Source: the human T2T-CHM13v2.0 reference genome, Homo sapiens
Strand: one strand, 5' to 3'
Assembly (NCBI RefSeq): GCF_009914755.1
Contig: NC_060947.1
DNA: 64,000 nucleotides
Made by a program: the position numbers and the translations under genes. The notes below the pieces were generated by a model that did not search any database, had not been told where the DNA came from, and saw nothing but the letters and a program-made list of their open reading frames with translations. Below, one piece after another: positions 1-14,610 of the stretch; the stretch's first letter is position 1; every line of letters starts with the position of its first letter.

Positions 1-169
1 CCCTATCCATTCCTTTTTCATTGCTCTGGAGGGGTGGCTTAAAGCCTTATTTTGTGGACATAATGAAAACATGTCCACATGCCTCTAGACTAAGCTGTCT
101 ACAACTGAAGAAATATGACATCCAACTAATTATAACTTAATTTTATCATACATTTATTATTATATATAT

Positions 170-340
170 GTTCTAAGTATTTTACATGGATCAACTTATT
201 TAATCCTCATGGCAACTCTATGAAGGAGGTACTGTTGTTATCCTCATTTTACAGATGAGAGAACTGAGGTTCGGAGAAGTTAAGTTACTCGCCTAAGATT
301 ACACAGCTAGCAAGCTAAGTCTCAAACCCAGGTCTATATG
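170..340 (-). mobile_element. MIR SINE fragment
   Basis: MIR core motifs 'tttaatcctcat', 'cattttacagatgagagaactgagg' and 'aagttaagttactcgcctaagattacacagctag'. Boundaries approximate. Confidence 0.8.
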
Positions 341-508
341 ACCTGGTTTGATGAATAATTAATGGTATTATGTGCTATTACTTATTTTATTATACTAGTC
401 TTGCTGCGCCTGGATTAGCCTTCCTCCAACCAGAATCTTGCCTTTATTGTTAGTATGCTCATTGCCTCCTCCCGGCTCTGCCACTTTGGTAAATAGCTGT
501 CTAGTTTG

Positions 509-699
509 ATGGTTCTCCAATGAGCATCAATGTGTATCAGAATTACCTGGAGGCCTTGTGAAAACCTGGATTGCTGGGACCCATCCCTAGAACTTCTGAC
601 TTAGGAGGTTATGGAGCTTGGCAGGGGGAGGAGCAGTGAATTTGTATTCCTGACAAATTCCCAGGTGATGGTCCAGAGACCACATTTCGAGAACCATTG
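509..699. mobile_element. MER5A-type hAT-Charlie MITE
   Basis: 'ggttctc...atcagaattacctggagg...gattgctgggacccatccctagaacttctgac...acaaattcccaggtgatg...gaccacatttcgagaaccattg' resembles MER5A, with inverted termini. Confidence 0.75.
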
Positions 700-845
700 A
701 TCTCCTGTTACCACTCAATTAACCAACTCTTCTTAGAAACTGGTTTTCTCTTGAGCAACTCACTGTTTATTAAAACAGAACTAAATGTTTCCATTTTGAC
801 TTATTTAAAACATCACCTAAACATGTATATCTCCAAGTGATTTTT

Positions 846-1076
846 AAATTATTTTTAATTGACAATAATTGTGTATATTTATGGGGTACAATGTGATGTT
901 TTGATCTATCTATACACTGAAGAAAGATTCAGTCAAGCTAATTAACATATCCATCACCTCACCAACTTATCATTTTTTCAGGGCAAGGATGTTAAAAATC
1001 TATTCTTTCAGCTATTTGGAAATATATATTATTATTAACTGTGGTCACCATGAAGTGCAATAGATCACTTAACTTA
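846..1076 (-). mobile_element. L1MA-type LINE-1 3' end fragment
   Basis: 'tatttatggggtacaatgtgatgttttga...aattaacatatccatcacctca' matches an L1MA 3'UTR. 14-bp TSD tccaagtgattttt at 832-845 and 1077-1090. Confidence 0.85.
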
Positions 1077-1309
1077 TCCAAGTGATTTTTTAAGAGCAGT
1101 TTCACTGTACTGTGTCTTGATCGTATTCTTGAACCTAAGTAGTTTGGCATGCAAATGTGATTTCAGGGATTTACCTCCAATTAATTCCCCCAATGGCTTA
1201 TAGCCCACCCCCACCACCATTCACATCATACCTGAAAGACTTTATGTGCTATTTAACTTGATTAAGGAAATGGTAAATTGAAGCTTATTTACTACAAGAA
1301 TACTTAGTG

Positions 1310-1525
1310 ACAGGCAATATGGCTTGGGGATTAAGTACAGGGACATTGTAATTAGACTTGGGTTTGAATCTCAACTTTGCCTAATAACTAGCTGTGTAAC
1401 TGTGCTCAAGTGAAGTAACTTCTCTGAGCTCTATTTCTTGTACAGTGGGAGATGATAATGAAATCACCCTCATGAGGCTATAAATAAGATTATATATGTA
1501 TAGCATACCCTATCATGCCAGGTAT
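1310..1525 (+). mobile_element. MIR fragment
   Basis: 'agacttgggtttgaatctcaactttgcc...ctagctgtgtaactgtgctcaagt...aacttctctgagct'. Confidence 0.7.
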
Positions 1526-3153
1526 TTAAAAAAAAAACTAAAGAAATAGCTGGTTTATGTTAGTGATTGCAAACCTCTAATCTTCAGGCCTGTGATATTC
1601 CAAAAATTGTTGCAAGAGATCAGTGACACTGTGTGCATACCAAAATAAAATCTCAAAGATAGAATTAATAAGAAGTAGCATGTATAGATGTACAATTCAT
1701 TTCCAATCTAATCTATGTAGATGCTGATTTAATTAGTAAAATACAAATTCACTTAGAGGTATGACTAATGATATGATAACTTTCTGTCATTATGTAGTAC
1801 ATTTTCATCAACAGATATTAAAAGACCAACTTTTTTGATATTTAAGAAAAATCTTCACACTTTAAAAAGTTGTGAAGCACTGGTTTATCTGAATAGTCTG
1901 TTAATGCACTATCCCCCAGCAGAGAGCAGGCCTCTGAAAGAGGGGAGGCCAGGTCAGCTTTGATGAGCAAAGGAGACAGAGGACATTCTAGAGCATGGGG
2001 TGTTGCTTAAGGAGAGCATGATGTGGAGGGCTGGCTGCTGTAGTGGGGGCAATCTGAGAAACCCAGGGCCAGTGGGAGGATATTAGTCAGGGAAGAGCAG
2101 GGGCAATAATGCCAAGATGTCCAGGGAATCTACCAACCAGCTAATCTGTTCCTAGGTGACTAAGGATTTCAAGTGAACAACCAGCCACACCAATAGTGTA
2201 TCTAGCTTTAGAGAAGGACTATGCGAATTCATTAGGATAGCAGAGTGTGTCTTCCTGAAGGACTTGGGTGCCTAAAGTGGAAAAATGCATTGTTGCTTTA
2301 TTCTAATTGCATTATTCAGTCAAATCCCTTCAAAATGATCAGCAAACAGCCCCTGAAATAGGAAAGTATTGGTGGCAGGAGTGAAATTTAGAGTTGTTTT
2401 GATAGAATAATTTTCTTCAGGGGTTTGGGCTCTGATTGCTACTTAGACTGAGTAAAAGTATTGCTGAATAAGGTGCTGAGTAAATGCAAGTTGTCATTAA
2501 GAGGACCGTGGCTAGTCTCTTAAATTATATCCACTATTCAGATAAATGTTGCATGCCTTCCTAATAGTCTGCTTCCTTATCGACTTGAGCATTTAGTTGT
2601 TGTTGTTTTTTTTTGTTTGTTTTGCTTTTTTATTTGTATTTATGTAAGAGAAAAAGGGCAAGTGGTACTCATAACATCTTGCCAGAGCTTCATAGATGAC
2701 ATGAGTATTTGTAAATAGGGTTGGAGTTATATATATTTTCCTAGTCTAGAAGTGCAAGCTTAAGTTTGCATTCATTATTTGACACAGTTTGGTTATGGTA
2801 ATAGTATATGGTTTGGTAGCAGTTTAGGCTTGATTTAGATGAGAAAGGAACAATTGTGTTTCATGTTTTTATTTCTAGGAATAGCTGAATTCAGTTTCAT
2901 GTAATTGGTACTCAGAACACAGCTATCCAAGCCTTTCTTTATAGTTTCTCTTCCATGTTTCCATTTTTATTTCCACCCACTCCTATATAGGGCATTAAAA
3001 AATGTATCTCTATAACCATTTAAAAACATGTCTGTAAATTTTCCACCCAGTAGATTTTACAACAAATATTTTTTCTCAAAATAGCTTCGCCCTGCAACCC
3101 AAAACACTCCTGAATTATTTTGCACTCATATCTACCCTTCCTACCATCCCTTA

Positions 3154-3573
<420 letters not shown>

Positions 3574-5035
3574 TTAAAATATGCATTGTAAAACTGGATA
3601 GAACTGATTTGTACGCTTTTTTTGTAGTTAATACTTCTATGAAATAATATATTTAATAAATTTTATATGACTATCACCATTTCACATAATTGTTTTCATT
3701 GGTGTGACGGCCCGCACAATTTTAAATCATTTCAGCCGCTGTATGCACAGTTTTGTATTTTGCTTTTTCAACTAACACAGCAGTATTTTTCTATGTTTGT
3801 TCATAGTACAATTTTCTAATTTTTAATGTTTGATATTCCATCTTGTTTATTCAGCATAAGTTACTTAGCCATTCCCATTATCTGTTGTATTTTAATAATT
3901 TGTGAGGTTATTCATTTATTTTCTATTAAAGCAGCTAGGCAAAAGTTTGACTTTACAGTCACTGTCCTCTAGAATATCAATCCCTAAGTGTTTCTGCTTG
4001 ACTGTTCTAACTCTCCCATTTCTACCTGGGTCAATCTGAATTCTGCCACGTAAAACATGGTTACCCAGTGAAAGATCTTTACACACAGTATATTAGGTTG
4101 CTAGGGGAAACTTACAGTAGCAAGCTTTCTGTTTGCTTATTTCACATACATTCTCTCATTAATTCTTCTCAATGTGTCTATAAGAAGGTATTGAATTATT
4201 TACAAACACTTGGGATAAAGAAGGAGGATAGGAAGAGTTGCCTGCTGTTGGGGAGGAAGAAAGGAAAGAATAATCGAGGTGATGGATTCATTAAGTTCAT
4301 AACAAGCTGTCCTTGCAGGAGGTAAGTCTGTTAGGATATCTTCTTTTCCTTTCCTACCCTAACTCTAAAATTTCGTCTGGACCAACTCTTCTGCCTGAAC
4401 TATAAACCTCCACCCTGTGAACAATGTATTAATTTTCAAATATTTCTTGTGTAGGTGAATACAACCACCTTCATATCCACACATGTCTGTGCTCAGTTTG
4501 GCAATGAATCACCTTCTAAACATCCAGAACAATCAGTCAGATAAGGATCACCTTTGATTAAGATCTTCTCTGCCAGGCTCTATTGGAATAGGTGCCAGCT
4601 TCTCACTACTTAGAGCTTACGATTGTGCACAATGACAGCTAAGATTTGTCTGGGCAGGAACATATTTTTCCCACTCTTAAAGTCAACATTTGAGGTGTTT
4701 CTAAGTGGAAGAAATTCCCTTTGCTCATTCTGACTTTTCATTCAGTTCAAGCTCTCCATCTTTTGTAAGAAATGTTGTTCTCCATCGTGCTGAAGCATTA
4801 GGTTGCTGTTTCCCCAGGCCAATCAGTCTGAAGATAACTTTATGATGCTGCTAGAGCATGACACCATAGTTTATCCATTCTTCCTGATTTCATCAGGGTG
4901 CCTGACGCTTGTTAGACAACTTTGGGGATGCAGACTGTTTGGTCCAGCCTTGTTGCAATCAGCAGTTTTTAGCAAGGATTACCTAGACTTATCTTTGAGA
5001 TCCTTGATAATTTAATCAGTAAAAACACGACATGG

Positions 5036-5665
5036 CCTTTTGTAGGCTGCAGTGAGTGCAGATAGAGTGCCACAAAGGCCTCTGGCACGCTGCAAGAGTA
5101 AAAGGTGGCAGGGCACTACCTGCCCACTCCCAAATGCTACATGCTTCCCCTCTACCACATGCAAATCTTTGCACTTAATCATGTCATTGCCAAGTCCCGC
5201 TTCTGGTACTTTGTATCTCAGCTAAAGAAGATGAAGAAGTCTTTGGGGGAAATTGTCTTGTGTGGGTAGGTATTTGAGCAATTCTGCCTGCAGGTGAAGA
5301 ACTTCAGCTTGTGGCTGCACCACAACTCATGCAGTGGCACCCACAACATGTACCAGGAATACCTGGACTCAGCCACTGGGGGTGCTGTCACCCAGTACTA
5401 CAGAGAAATGGGTGCCCAGCAATGTGGTTGGGCCCACTGGATCCAGATTGTGAAGGTAGAAGGGATCTTGGCCAGCAGGTGCCAGCAATCAAACAGTTCC
5501 ACAACTCCAAGATCAAGTTTGTGCTGTCCCACCGCATCCTGCATTGTCAACACAAGCCACACTTCACCACCAAGATGCCCAGCCCAACACCTTCTTTTAG
5601 GTGCAGGGCCCTCTCACTCCTGGTCTGCCCAAATAAGCCCAAAAACTCCCAGGCGCTAAAGAAAA
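5036..5665 (+). pseudogene. RPL18A: Processed pseudogene of 60S ribosomal protein L18a (eL20)
   Basis: Intronless translation matches RPL18A: [63 protein letters not shown] (TAG ends at 5600). The start codon has decayed to ACA (5072-5074), there is a premature TAA at 5099-5101, and there are frameshifts. A 5'TOP-like CCTTTT, the 3'UTR, an A-rich remnant and a partial TSD gacatgg (5029-5035 and 5673-5679) are present. The symbol given is that of the parent gene. Confidence 0.95.
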
Positions 5666-6385
5666 TGCCCAGGACATGGTGTTGAAATATGCAAAGAGTT
5701 GATACCATGTGGGACATCTGATAACGTTAGTATACCACAATAGTCTTTATTGTTGTGGACACAGAGAAGGAACTCAAAGACTCTTTTTGATGATCCTGAC
5801 ATAATCAGGAGGAGACAGTGAACAAACTTTATTTCACAGGAGGCTCTGATGATGAGTGGTAAATTTAGGATATGTTCAAGATTATTCTGCTTTCCTCCCT
5901 TTACAATAAGTCAAGTATTCATTAAGCAACCACTCTATTTAAGACCTTGTGCAAAGCACTGTGGGAGACATGATGATCTATTAAATTGGGTTTTCTTCTT
6001 TCAAACTTAAATTCTAGTTGGAGTGACAAGATCTGAAAAATTAGGTAACACAGGAGATAAATAGTTCAAGGCAATAATAGAAGAGGTGTCATGAGACAAA
6101 ACATTATTATTTGACAAATGAATGGCACAGACAAGTGTTCTAGAGGTTGCAAGAAGATAGAGCTGAGAGGCATGCTAATATAGTGCCTTTTTCTCCTGCT
6201 GTTTTCTCTGCCTAAAACGTCCAGTGTATACATCCCTCTCCACCTGTAAAATTCCTATTTCTCTTTTGAGATACAGTCATTGCCTATTCAGTGCAATCGT
6301 CATCAGCCCACCCAGAGTTAATCACATTACCTCTCATAAGCCCATAGAATCTTAGACTCACTGAGAGTATAAAAGCACATGTTAA

Positions 6386-6502
6386 TGCCTAGTGTTCCAT
6401 TATTGGAACGCTAAGCATGTGGGAATTATTTATATCCTACTGCTCAAGGTCATCACCACGGTCTGATTGAAAAATTAAATTGCAACCTCAGGTATAAATG
6501 GG
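6386..6502 (+). mobile_element. MER85 non-autonomous piggyBac (PGBD3-derived) MITE
   Basis: 'tgcctagtgttccattattggaacgctaagcatgtggg...ttgcaacctcaggtataaatggg'. Internal imperfect palindrome GTTCCATTATTGGAAC at 6394-6409. Flanked by TTAA (6382-6385) and TTTA (6503-6506). Confidence 0.9.
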
Positions 6503-6509
6503 TTTATTA

Positions 6510-6800
6510 TTCACTGTAATTATTCACTTACACATTGGATTCCTCTACCAGACTGAGACCTTCAAGGGTAGGGGCAATTTGATAGTAATTTATCTTTCTG
6601 TCCCAAGAACCTACCTTAGAATTGGACACATAGTGTTCAGTACATTTATTGAAATGAAATGAGTGTAGTGGAAAGAGTACTGGACTTGGAATCAGAATTA
6701 AAACTGTCCTGGGCTTGGTAAATGTTTGTTTTTCTGAAATGTGTGTCATGTCACCTCTCTGCACTGAATAAAATGATCTCTAAAGTTCTTATAGCACTGA
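6510..6800 (+). mobile_element. L2 3' end followed by MIR fragment
   Basis: 'ctaccagactgagaccttcaagggtagggg...acatagtgttcagtacatttattgaaatgaaatga' (L2 tail), then 'gtgtagtggaaagagtactggacttggaatcaga' (MIR). Confidence 0.65.
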
Positions 6801-6869
6801 AAACTGTGCAATCCTAGCCTGGGAGTAGTTATCAAAGGTTTTCCATAATTGCTGTTGATAATAAATAAT

Positions 6870-7100
6870 AATCACAACAGTTAACATTTACTGCATACTT
6901 ACTATGTGCTAGGCATAGAACATGAATTATGTCCTTCAACCCTCAAAATAACCCTATGTGGTAGGTACTATTACACTCATTTTCCAGATGAAGCCAAGAC
7001 TCCAAGAGGTTAATTTACTAGAAGTCACACAGCTAGAAACTGTTGAAACAGAGACTCTAGTTCAAATCTTTTTGAACCTAGAGGCCTTTGCTCTTAATAG
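6870..7100 (-). mobile_element. MIR SINE
   Basis: 'aacatttactgcatacttactatgtgctaggca...gtaggtactattacactcattttccagatg...aagtcacacagctag'. Confidence 0.8.
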
Positions 7101-7105
7101 CCACA

Positions 7106-7285
7106 CTAGTCATTCTCAACCCTGGCTGCATATGAGAATCACCAGGGAGTTTTTAAAAAATAGTGATAGCCAGGCCCAACTCTGCAGAGATTCTGGTTCA
7201 ATTGATCTGGGATGAGGACTAAACATTGGCAGCTTTTAAAAGCTCCCCAGGAGATTCTAATATGCCACCAGGTTTGAGAACTATT
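7106..7285. mobile_element. MER5A/B-type hAT MITE
   Basis: 'ttctcaaccctggctgcatatgagaatcaccagggag...aaagctccccaggagattctaatatgc...ggtttgagaac'. Confidence 0.8.
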
Positions 7286-8679
7286 TCATTACATTTTTCA
7301 GCCTTTGAGAGTACACCTGGGCCTTGTAAAAGTTTGCAGTTTAGATGGACAAGAGAAAGAAGGACATTCTGGGTGGGAATTCTGTTTAAGCTTTAAGGTG
7401 ATACACAACTATCTGAATGTGTCTTATTTCTCTGAAGCAGGTGCCCTTTGTTGTATCAAAGCTACTTACAGCTGAGTATATATAGGCCAGACTTAGTTCC
7501 TGATGCAATTGCATTTGGAAACAGTTTCAAGAGTTTCCTCAGTTCAGAAAGGGATGGCTTCTGCACTGGCTGCTATTAGGTCATCTGCCACTCTTCTGAC
7601 AGAGGTCAACGGGAAAAACTACTTCCTTGTGTAGGGACAGCAGGTTGGTTCTCTTTGCCCCATACAGTAGACTGAAAACCTGTCAGTTTCTAAGCAACCG
7701 TTTAAATCTGGAATTCATGAATCAGATTACCTTACTGAGAAAGCTGGAATGAAGAGAATTTTGAAAAAGTCATGGAATGGCTTCCCCCTCCTTTGTGGTA
7801 CAACACTTGCCATGGGGCTGGCTTTACAGCATTCTTGAAGACATTGTTCTCTGGTCACTGCAGTAAAAGAAGCAGCTTATTTGGGGTTTTGTTGGCTGCT
7901 GCTGCTGAGGTTGGGGATAGTTTCCTGAGAATGGTATACCTGAGAGGATCGAGAACAGCAAAGAAGTTGGTAGTAAAATGATATTACCTTCTGCATGTGG
8001 CCATTGAGAGGATTTACTGAGATAATCCACGTAAAGGGGTTAGCATAGTGCCTGGTCCGGGGGTAGTCCTCTGTAAATGCTGTTGGCTGCTTGTATTTCT
8101 GTGTATTTGTCAAAACAGGATAGTGATAAGATGGCAGAAAGATGCCAACAGATACAGTTTGAGGTGATGTTTCTTTTATGACAAAGGATTAGAAACTAGA
8201 GGGATGGTATGAATAGCAGCAGATAGGGCACCATGCTTCCTGGTGAAAGCATGGTGCTCAGGTTTCTGCAAATTTCCTTGGGGGTATGCAGCTGTGGGTG
8301 ACACCACTTGCTTGAAATAAGGATTTTGTCAGGATCTAGAAGGTCCTTTTGCCATTTTTACTATATTTTATTTTAATCCTTTCCTGTTACTTCCCGACTA
8401 TTTTGCAGACTCTGACTACAAATCTACCTATTCACCAAGGTCAAATAAATGACCACAACTCTTTCACATTCTTAAGTATTTACGGGAATAATAGGTGAGG
8501 GGAAGCTCACTTTGCAGGAAACATCATTTAGTGGGATAGGCCTGTTTGAGGTCTACCCCTGCAGGGCTCTGGTGATGCTTTGGAATAGGGTTTATCTTTA
8601 TTTGGAAGTAGTAAGACCTTGGCTTCAAATGAGAACAAAACATCTCTTAGGAGAGTTTTTTCCTTTGAAAATGCTCAAT

Positions 8680-8985
8680 ATACAATAATGCAAACTTGTA
8701 AAAATTTTAATTAGTACAGCAATGTATAAGAATTAAAAATCCATGTTCTATTTTCCACAAGCCCACCATCAGTCTCAACCCCCCAGACGATCACGGTTAA
8801 CTCTTCATCATGCATCCTTCCAGATCTTTACCCATCCATCTATAAATAAATATATGTACAAAAATAGGATTCCACTATAGTATATAGTATCCGTTTTCCC
8901 TCTCACATAACAATATGTCTTGGAGATTTTTTCTATGTTAATACATTGGTCTCTGTATCTTTTTTTTTAAAGCAACTATGTAATA
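8680..8985 (-). mobile_element. Old L1ME-type 3' fragment
   Basis: Degraded L1ME 3'UTR-like text: 'catccttccagatcttt...aaaataggat...taacaatatgtcttggagattttt'. Confidence 0.5.
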
Positions 8986-9029
8986 TAAATGGACTTTTCA
9001 TTTTGTTCCATTTTTTTCTTTATGAACAA

Positions 9030-10250
9030 AACATTTTTAAATAAAAACAGCACTTATGTGTTAATTCAATTATCTAACTTCATACAGCCAATAAGTGGGG
9101 AAGTCAAGATTTGGACCAATGTTGGCCGATTCCAGAACTCATGGTATTAACTGCTAGGCATTGCTGTCATTTCCACAAATTATTTTCACTCTAGTTTTCT
9201 AATGTAAGCAGTAGTTATGAGGCAACAATTAAATCTCAGAGTTGAAAGGAACCTTTAAGACAGGTTATTTAGTTTAACATCTCACTCTGCAAGCAAATTA
9301 TTAGATGTTTACTTATTAGGAAAAATCATTCCTGAAACTTTATTTTGGCCAAATAAAACTCCATTAATTTATTTGCATTTGCAGTGGTAGAAACTGTGGG
9401 TTGCTTAAACAATAGTTTGTCTTGCCTCCTTTAGATTTTATATCACCATTTTTTCATATTATCATAACCCTCTGACATAGGTAGAGTAAGCTATTATTAT
9501 GCCCATTTCATAAATGGGGACACTAAACATCAGGGAAATTAAGAGACTTAGATTTATACAGTCAGTTGTGGAAGGCCACTTGAATGGCAGGCAAAGGACC
9601 TTAGACTTTCCCCTGAAGGGAGTGAGGAGTTATTGAAGACTTTTGAGCAGGATTGAGGTTATGGGTTTAGGTGGATGGAGGTCAGTAGGTGGTAACATGA
9701 CAACTGGAAAACATTAGGAATAGGAGTCGCAAGAGCCAAGTTAGCAAGCCAAGTCAGCCATTCAAGTGCAAGTAGATAAGGAGCATGATTAATCTTGATA
9801 GTTATCAGGCTTGAAAGGAGAGGATAGATATAAGAAAAAGTAAGAAGACAATCTTGCGGGAGATGGGGGACTGGAGAGAGAAAAGAGGTAAAGATGATTC
9901 CAGAGATATTGGCCAGAAGAAAATCAATGTTGGAGGGAAGAGTAGTTTGGATTAGTTGTTGAACGCTGGCAGTTAGATATTTAAGTAGAAATGCGAAGCA
10001 ATCTTTGGAAAATGTAGGACTGGGACTTGGGTGAGAGCAGTTCTGAGGTTCAGCATCAAGAGTGGTCTACCTTCACAGAGCTTTTCACACACTCAGCACA
10101 TTAAGTCTGAAAAGGGATCTTAAAAGTCGTGTACTTGAGGTCCCTCATTTTACAGATAAGACCAATAGATGATATAAATTGCCTAGGGCTTCACACAGTT
10201 CCTGAGAGGTGATGATAAATCAGATCTTTTGAGTCTTAGTTGTTTACTTT
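9030..10250 (-). mobile_element. Cluster of MIR and L2 fragments
   Basis: MIR cores near 9070-9170, 9450-9570 and 10140-10240. Purine-rich L2 body 'gaagacttttgagcagg...aaagatgattccagag' at about 9570-10050. Confidence 0.6.
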
Positions 10251-10289
10251 TACCTGAAAACGAGAAGTTGCAAACTGGTAATGGACCAC

Positions 10290-11870
<1,581 letters not shown>

Positions 11871-14289
11871 CAACATTCTGAAAAACTGAATCAGTGGCTA
11901 ACATTAAAAAATTTGGAGAGTTAACAGAAAAATCCAGACTTCGGGTTTCTGATGAGAAATTGGAAGAGGTGGCAACATTTAGCCAACTTACATACACATG
12001 GCATGATTTGTCTGAGGCTGCATAGCAGTTCTTCCCTTAGAAATTTGTGTTGAGTGTAGTTATACCCAGTATCCACTATTCCTAATTGTATCTTATACCC
12101 ACCCATTTTTTCTTTATTTACATTTACATATTTACATATTACATTTATTTACATTATCTGCCTGGGCCTTGCAAGCATTTGAATCTGCCACTCTGGCTTT
12201 ATTATAGCTTTCCACTCCTCAGGGAGAAAATGCTAGAGACAAAAACAACAGAGGACTGGAGACAGAAATTTAGATAGTACCTACCTGTAAGTGTGAGAAA
12301 AAGAATCAGTAGAGAGACAAATAATAACTGCCTAGAAAAGTAACAGAAAAAAAACCCTGAATTGCATAGTGACCAAAACAAACAAAAAAACAAGGAAGAG
12401 TCAGGAAAGAGGGGATGATCAACATCAGGTAAAACTACAGAGTTCAAGAATAAAGACAGTGAAAAAAAAGCAGGTCACATGTAACCCATTAAGGAATAAT
12501 TGCAGTGCTTTGGTGATTACGGAAGCCAGAGGATAAGAGATTAAGGGGAAAGTGCTGCTGAGAGGATGGAGGCATTGAGATAATTTCTTTTTTAATGTTT
12601 GCTATTGAATGGAAGGAGAAAAGTAATTGGTCTCTAAAATGGCAGCAGAATCAAGCCAAAGAGGATTTTTCCCCCTCTTTTTTTTTCTGTTTTTGAAAGA
12701 GGGACAAATTTTTGCAAAGCAGAGTAAGGAGGAACCAGGTGATTGAGGGAGCAAAGTGTGGGAGATGTCTGGGAGGTGTGGATGGAGAACACATCTGATG
12801 CAGTTATTTTAGAAATAAGGGATAATAGACTTTCATCTAAGTCTGCTGACATAGTGTATGGGGTCTTAGCGAATCATCAGAAGTGACTCAAAAGAAGCAG
12901 TGTCTGGGTCCCACAATGGGTATTGGGTAAGGGAAGAATGATGACCTTGTCTAGAAGTTCATTGAAGGTCTGCTGTCTCTGGTTACAGTTTTGAATGAAG
13001 AGCAGACAGGCAGTGAAGGATCTGATCACTGAGAGACTGAACGCTGTTTGTGGCAGGAACCTGAGCCCTGTGCTCAGATATATTCTTGGTGCTATTCTGG
13101 CCCTCTTTTCTGTCAGTTCTGCAATTGTACTAATAAGAAATGTCTCTTGTCTCCCATAGGTTAATGAGTTTGGGGAGGAAAAATGCAGAGTTTACTATGA
13201 TGGCAGGAAGGGCAATGCAAATGGCCTGCTGAGAAACTTGAAATGCACCGCAGGGCTTTGAATTTCATTTCAACCGACAAACATTCTGCTCATCAAACAG
13301 CACCCCCTGAAGAAGCAATACAGAATTACTAAATATACTATCAGTAGTTTCCAGCCTGTGATCCTAGACCCCTGGAAACCCTGCTGATGGTCTGCATACA
13401 GAGTCCTACACTATTAGTGCTTACAATATGATAGTGTCTATATTTCTGTCAATGACATAAAATGGGGACTTACTAATGCTATATTACCATCTCATGATTA
13501 TGCTTGGGTTTGGAAAAAAATGCAACTGACCCATAGACCTTCCCTGTAATGCAACAAAAAGAGAGCCACTCTGTGTCATGATGTTTATGGAGACCATGCT
13601 GTCATTCCTACTATGACCACAATGAGAGTATTACCAGGGACTTCCTGATGGGGTCTTAGTGAAGAATGAAGACAAGATTGTTCTGTTTTTTTTTCTGCCT
13701 TAACAAGAGCAGCAGCACTTATCTCACTACATCCAGTAAAGTCTGTTTTGTGGAGGCATACAGGTGGAGAGGGGACTTGGAGATGAAAGCTGGTAATAGG
13801 TGGCCCATAGGATCATTTGCCTATGGAAGGGATTGAAGAATAGAAACAAAATTATAGTCACTATTTAAGTGTTATGGGGTTTGAGTTATGTGTCCATTCT
13901 GTCAGCAGATTCATTTTTCTGAGTGTTGAATGGGGCCACAATATAGAAGAGGAGGGTAGTGTGGTGGTGGGAAATGTCCTGCCTCGGGAGGGAGGGAAGG
14001 ATGTGTAGAGAAGGAGGGGCCTGATTTTTGGACTGTAGAGTAAAAGCAAAGAGAGAATGACTGGTTTTCAACTGTGTTTGACTTTATTGTTCTTATGTCA
14101 CTGGACTATGCTAGGCACAAAAATTAAGAATTAGCAAAATGAGCAAGGCCCATGTTCTCTTCAGCTTATTCACTCAACTATAACAGTGACACTTGGTGAT
14201 ATTCTATTAGCGAACTAGATTACTTCTCAGAATAGCAACTGTTTTCCTTGATTACGTGAATGTTGTAAGTGACGTACTGATTCATACTT

Positions 14290-14610
14290 TTATGGCTGGC
14301 CTCATATGGGAGATTGAAAAATCCTTTCTGAGGAAGTGGTATTTATACAGGGACCTCAAGGATGAGTAGGAGCTAGTCAGCAGTGGTGGGATGGGGAGAA
14401 GGGATTGCTTTAGGAAACAGTATGCATGTACAATTGCCTTGGGAAGGGAAAGAGCAAGGAATGCCTAAGGATTTCAGAGAAGATCAGTGGAGCATGGTGA
14501 ACAAATAGGAGAGTGGTATCAGATGGGGCTGAAAAGGTAGACAAACACCAGAAGCATAAAGATTTTTTTTTGTGGGACTCAGCTTTGAGCATTCATTGAA
14601 AGCAAGTTTA
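14290..14610 (-). mobile_element. L2 fragment
   Basis: 'cctttctgaggaagtggtattt...aggatgagtaggagctagtcag...ggaaacagtatgcatgtacaa...' is typical L2 text. Confidence 0.6.

Noticed and set aside
5294-5685. Two overlapping ~120-aa ORFs as novel genes
   Set aside because: They are residual and shifted frames of the RPL18A retrocopy, with non-ATG starts.
6375-6505. Structured ~130-nt segment as a snoRNA or miRNA gene
   Set aside because: Fully explained by MER85 terminal repeats and its internal palindrome.
13140-13260. Acceptor-like 'tctcttgtctcccatag' (also single splice-like sites near 4322, 4454, 14866 and 16916)
   Set aside because: No paired acceptor and donor enclosing a recognisable coding frame. 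Such motifs are common by chance.
13360-13660. Possible old hAT/Charlie fossil starting 'cagtagtttccagcctgtg'
   Set aside because: I could not identify a matching opposite terminus or family with enough confidence to list it.
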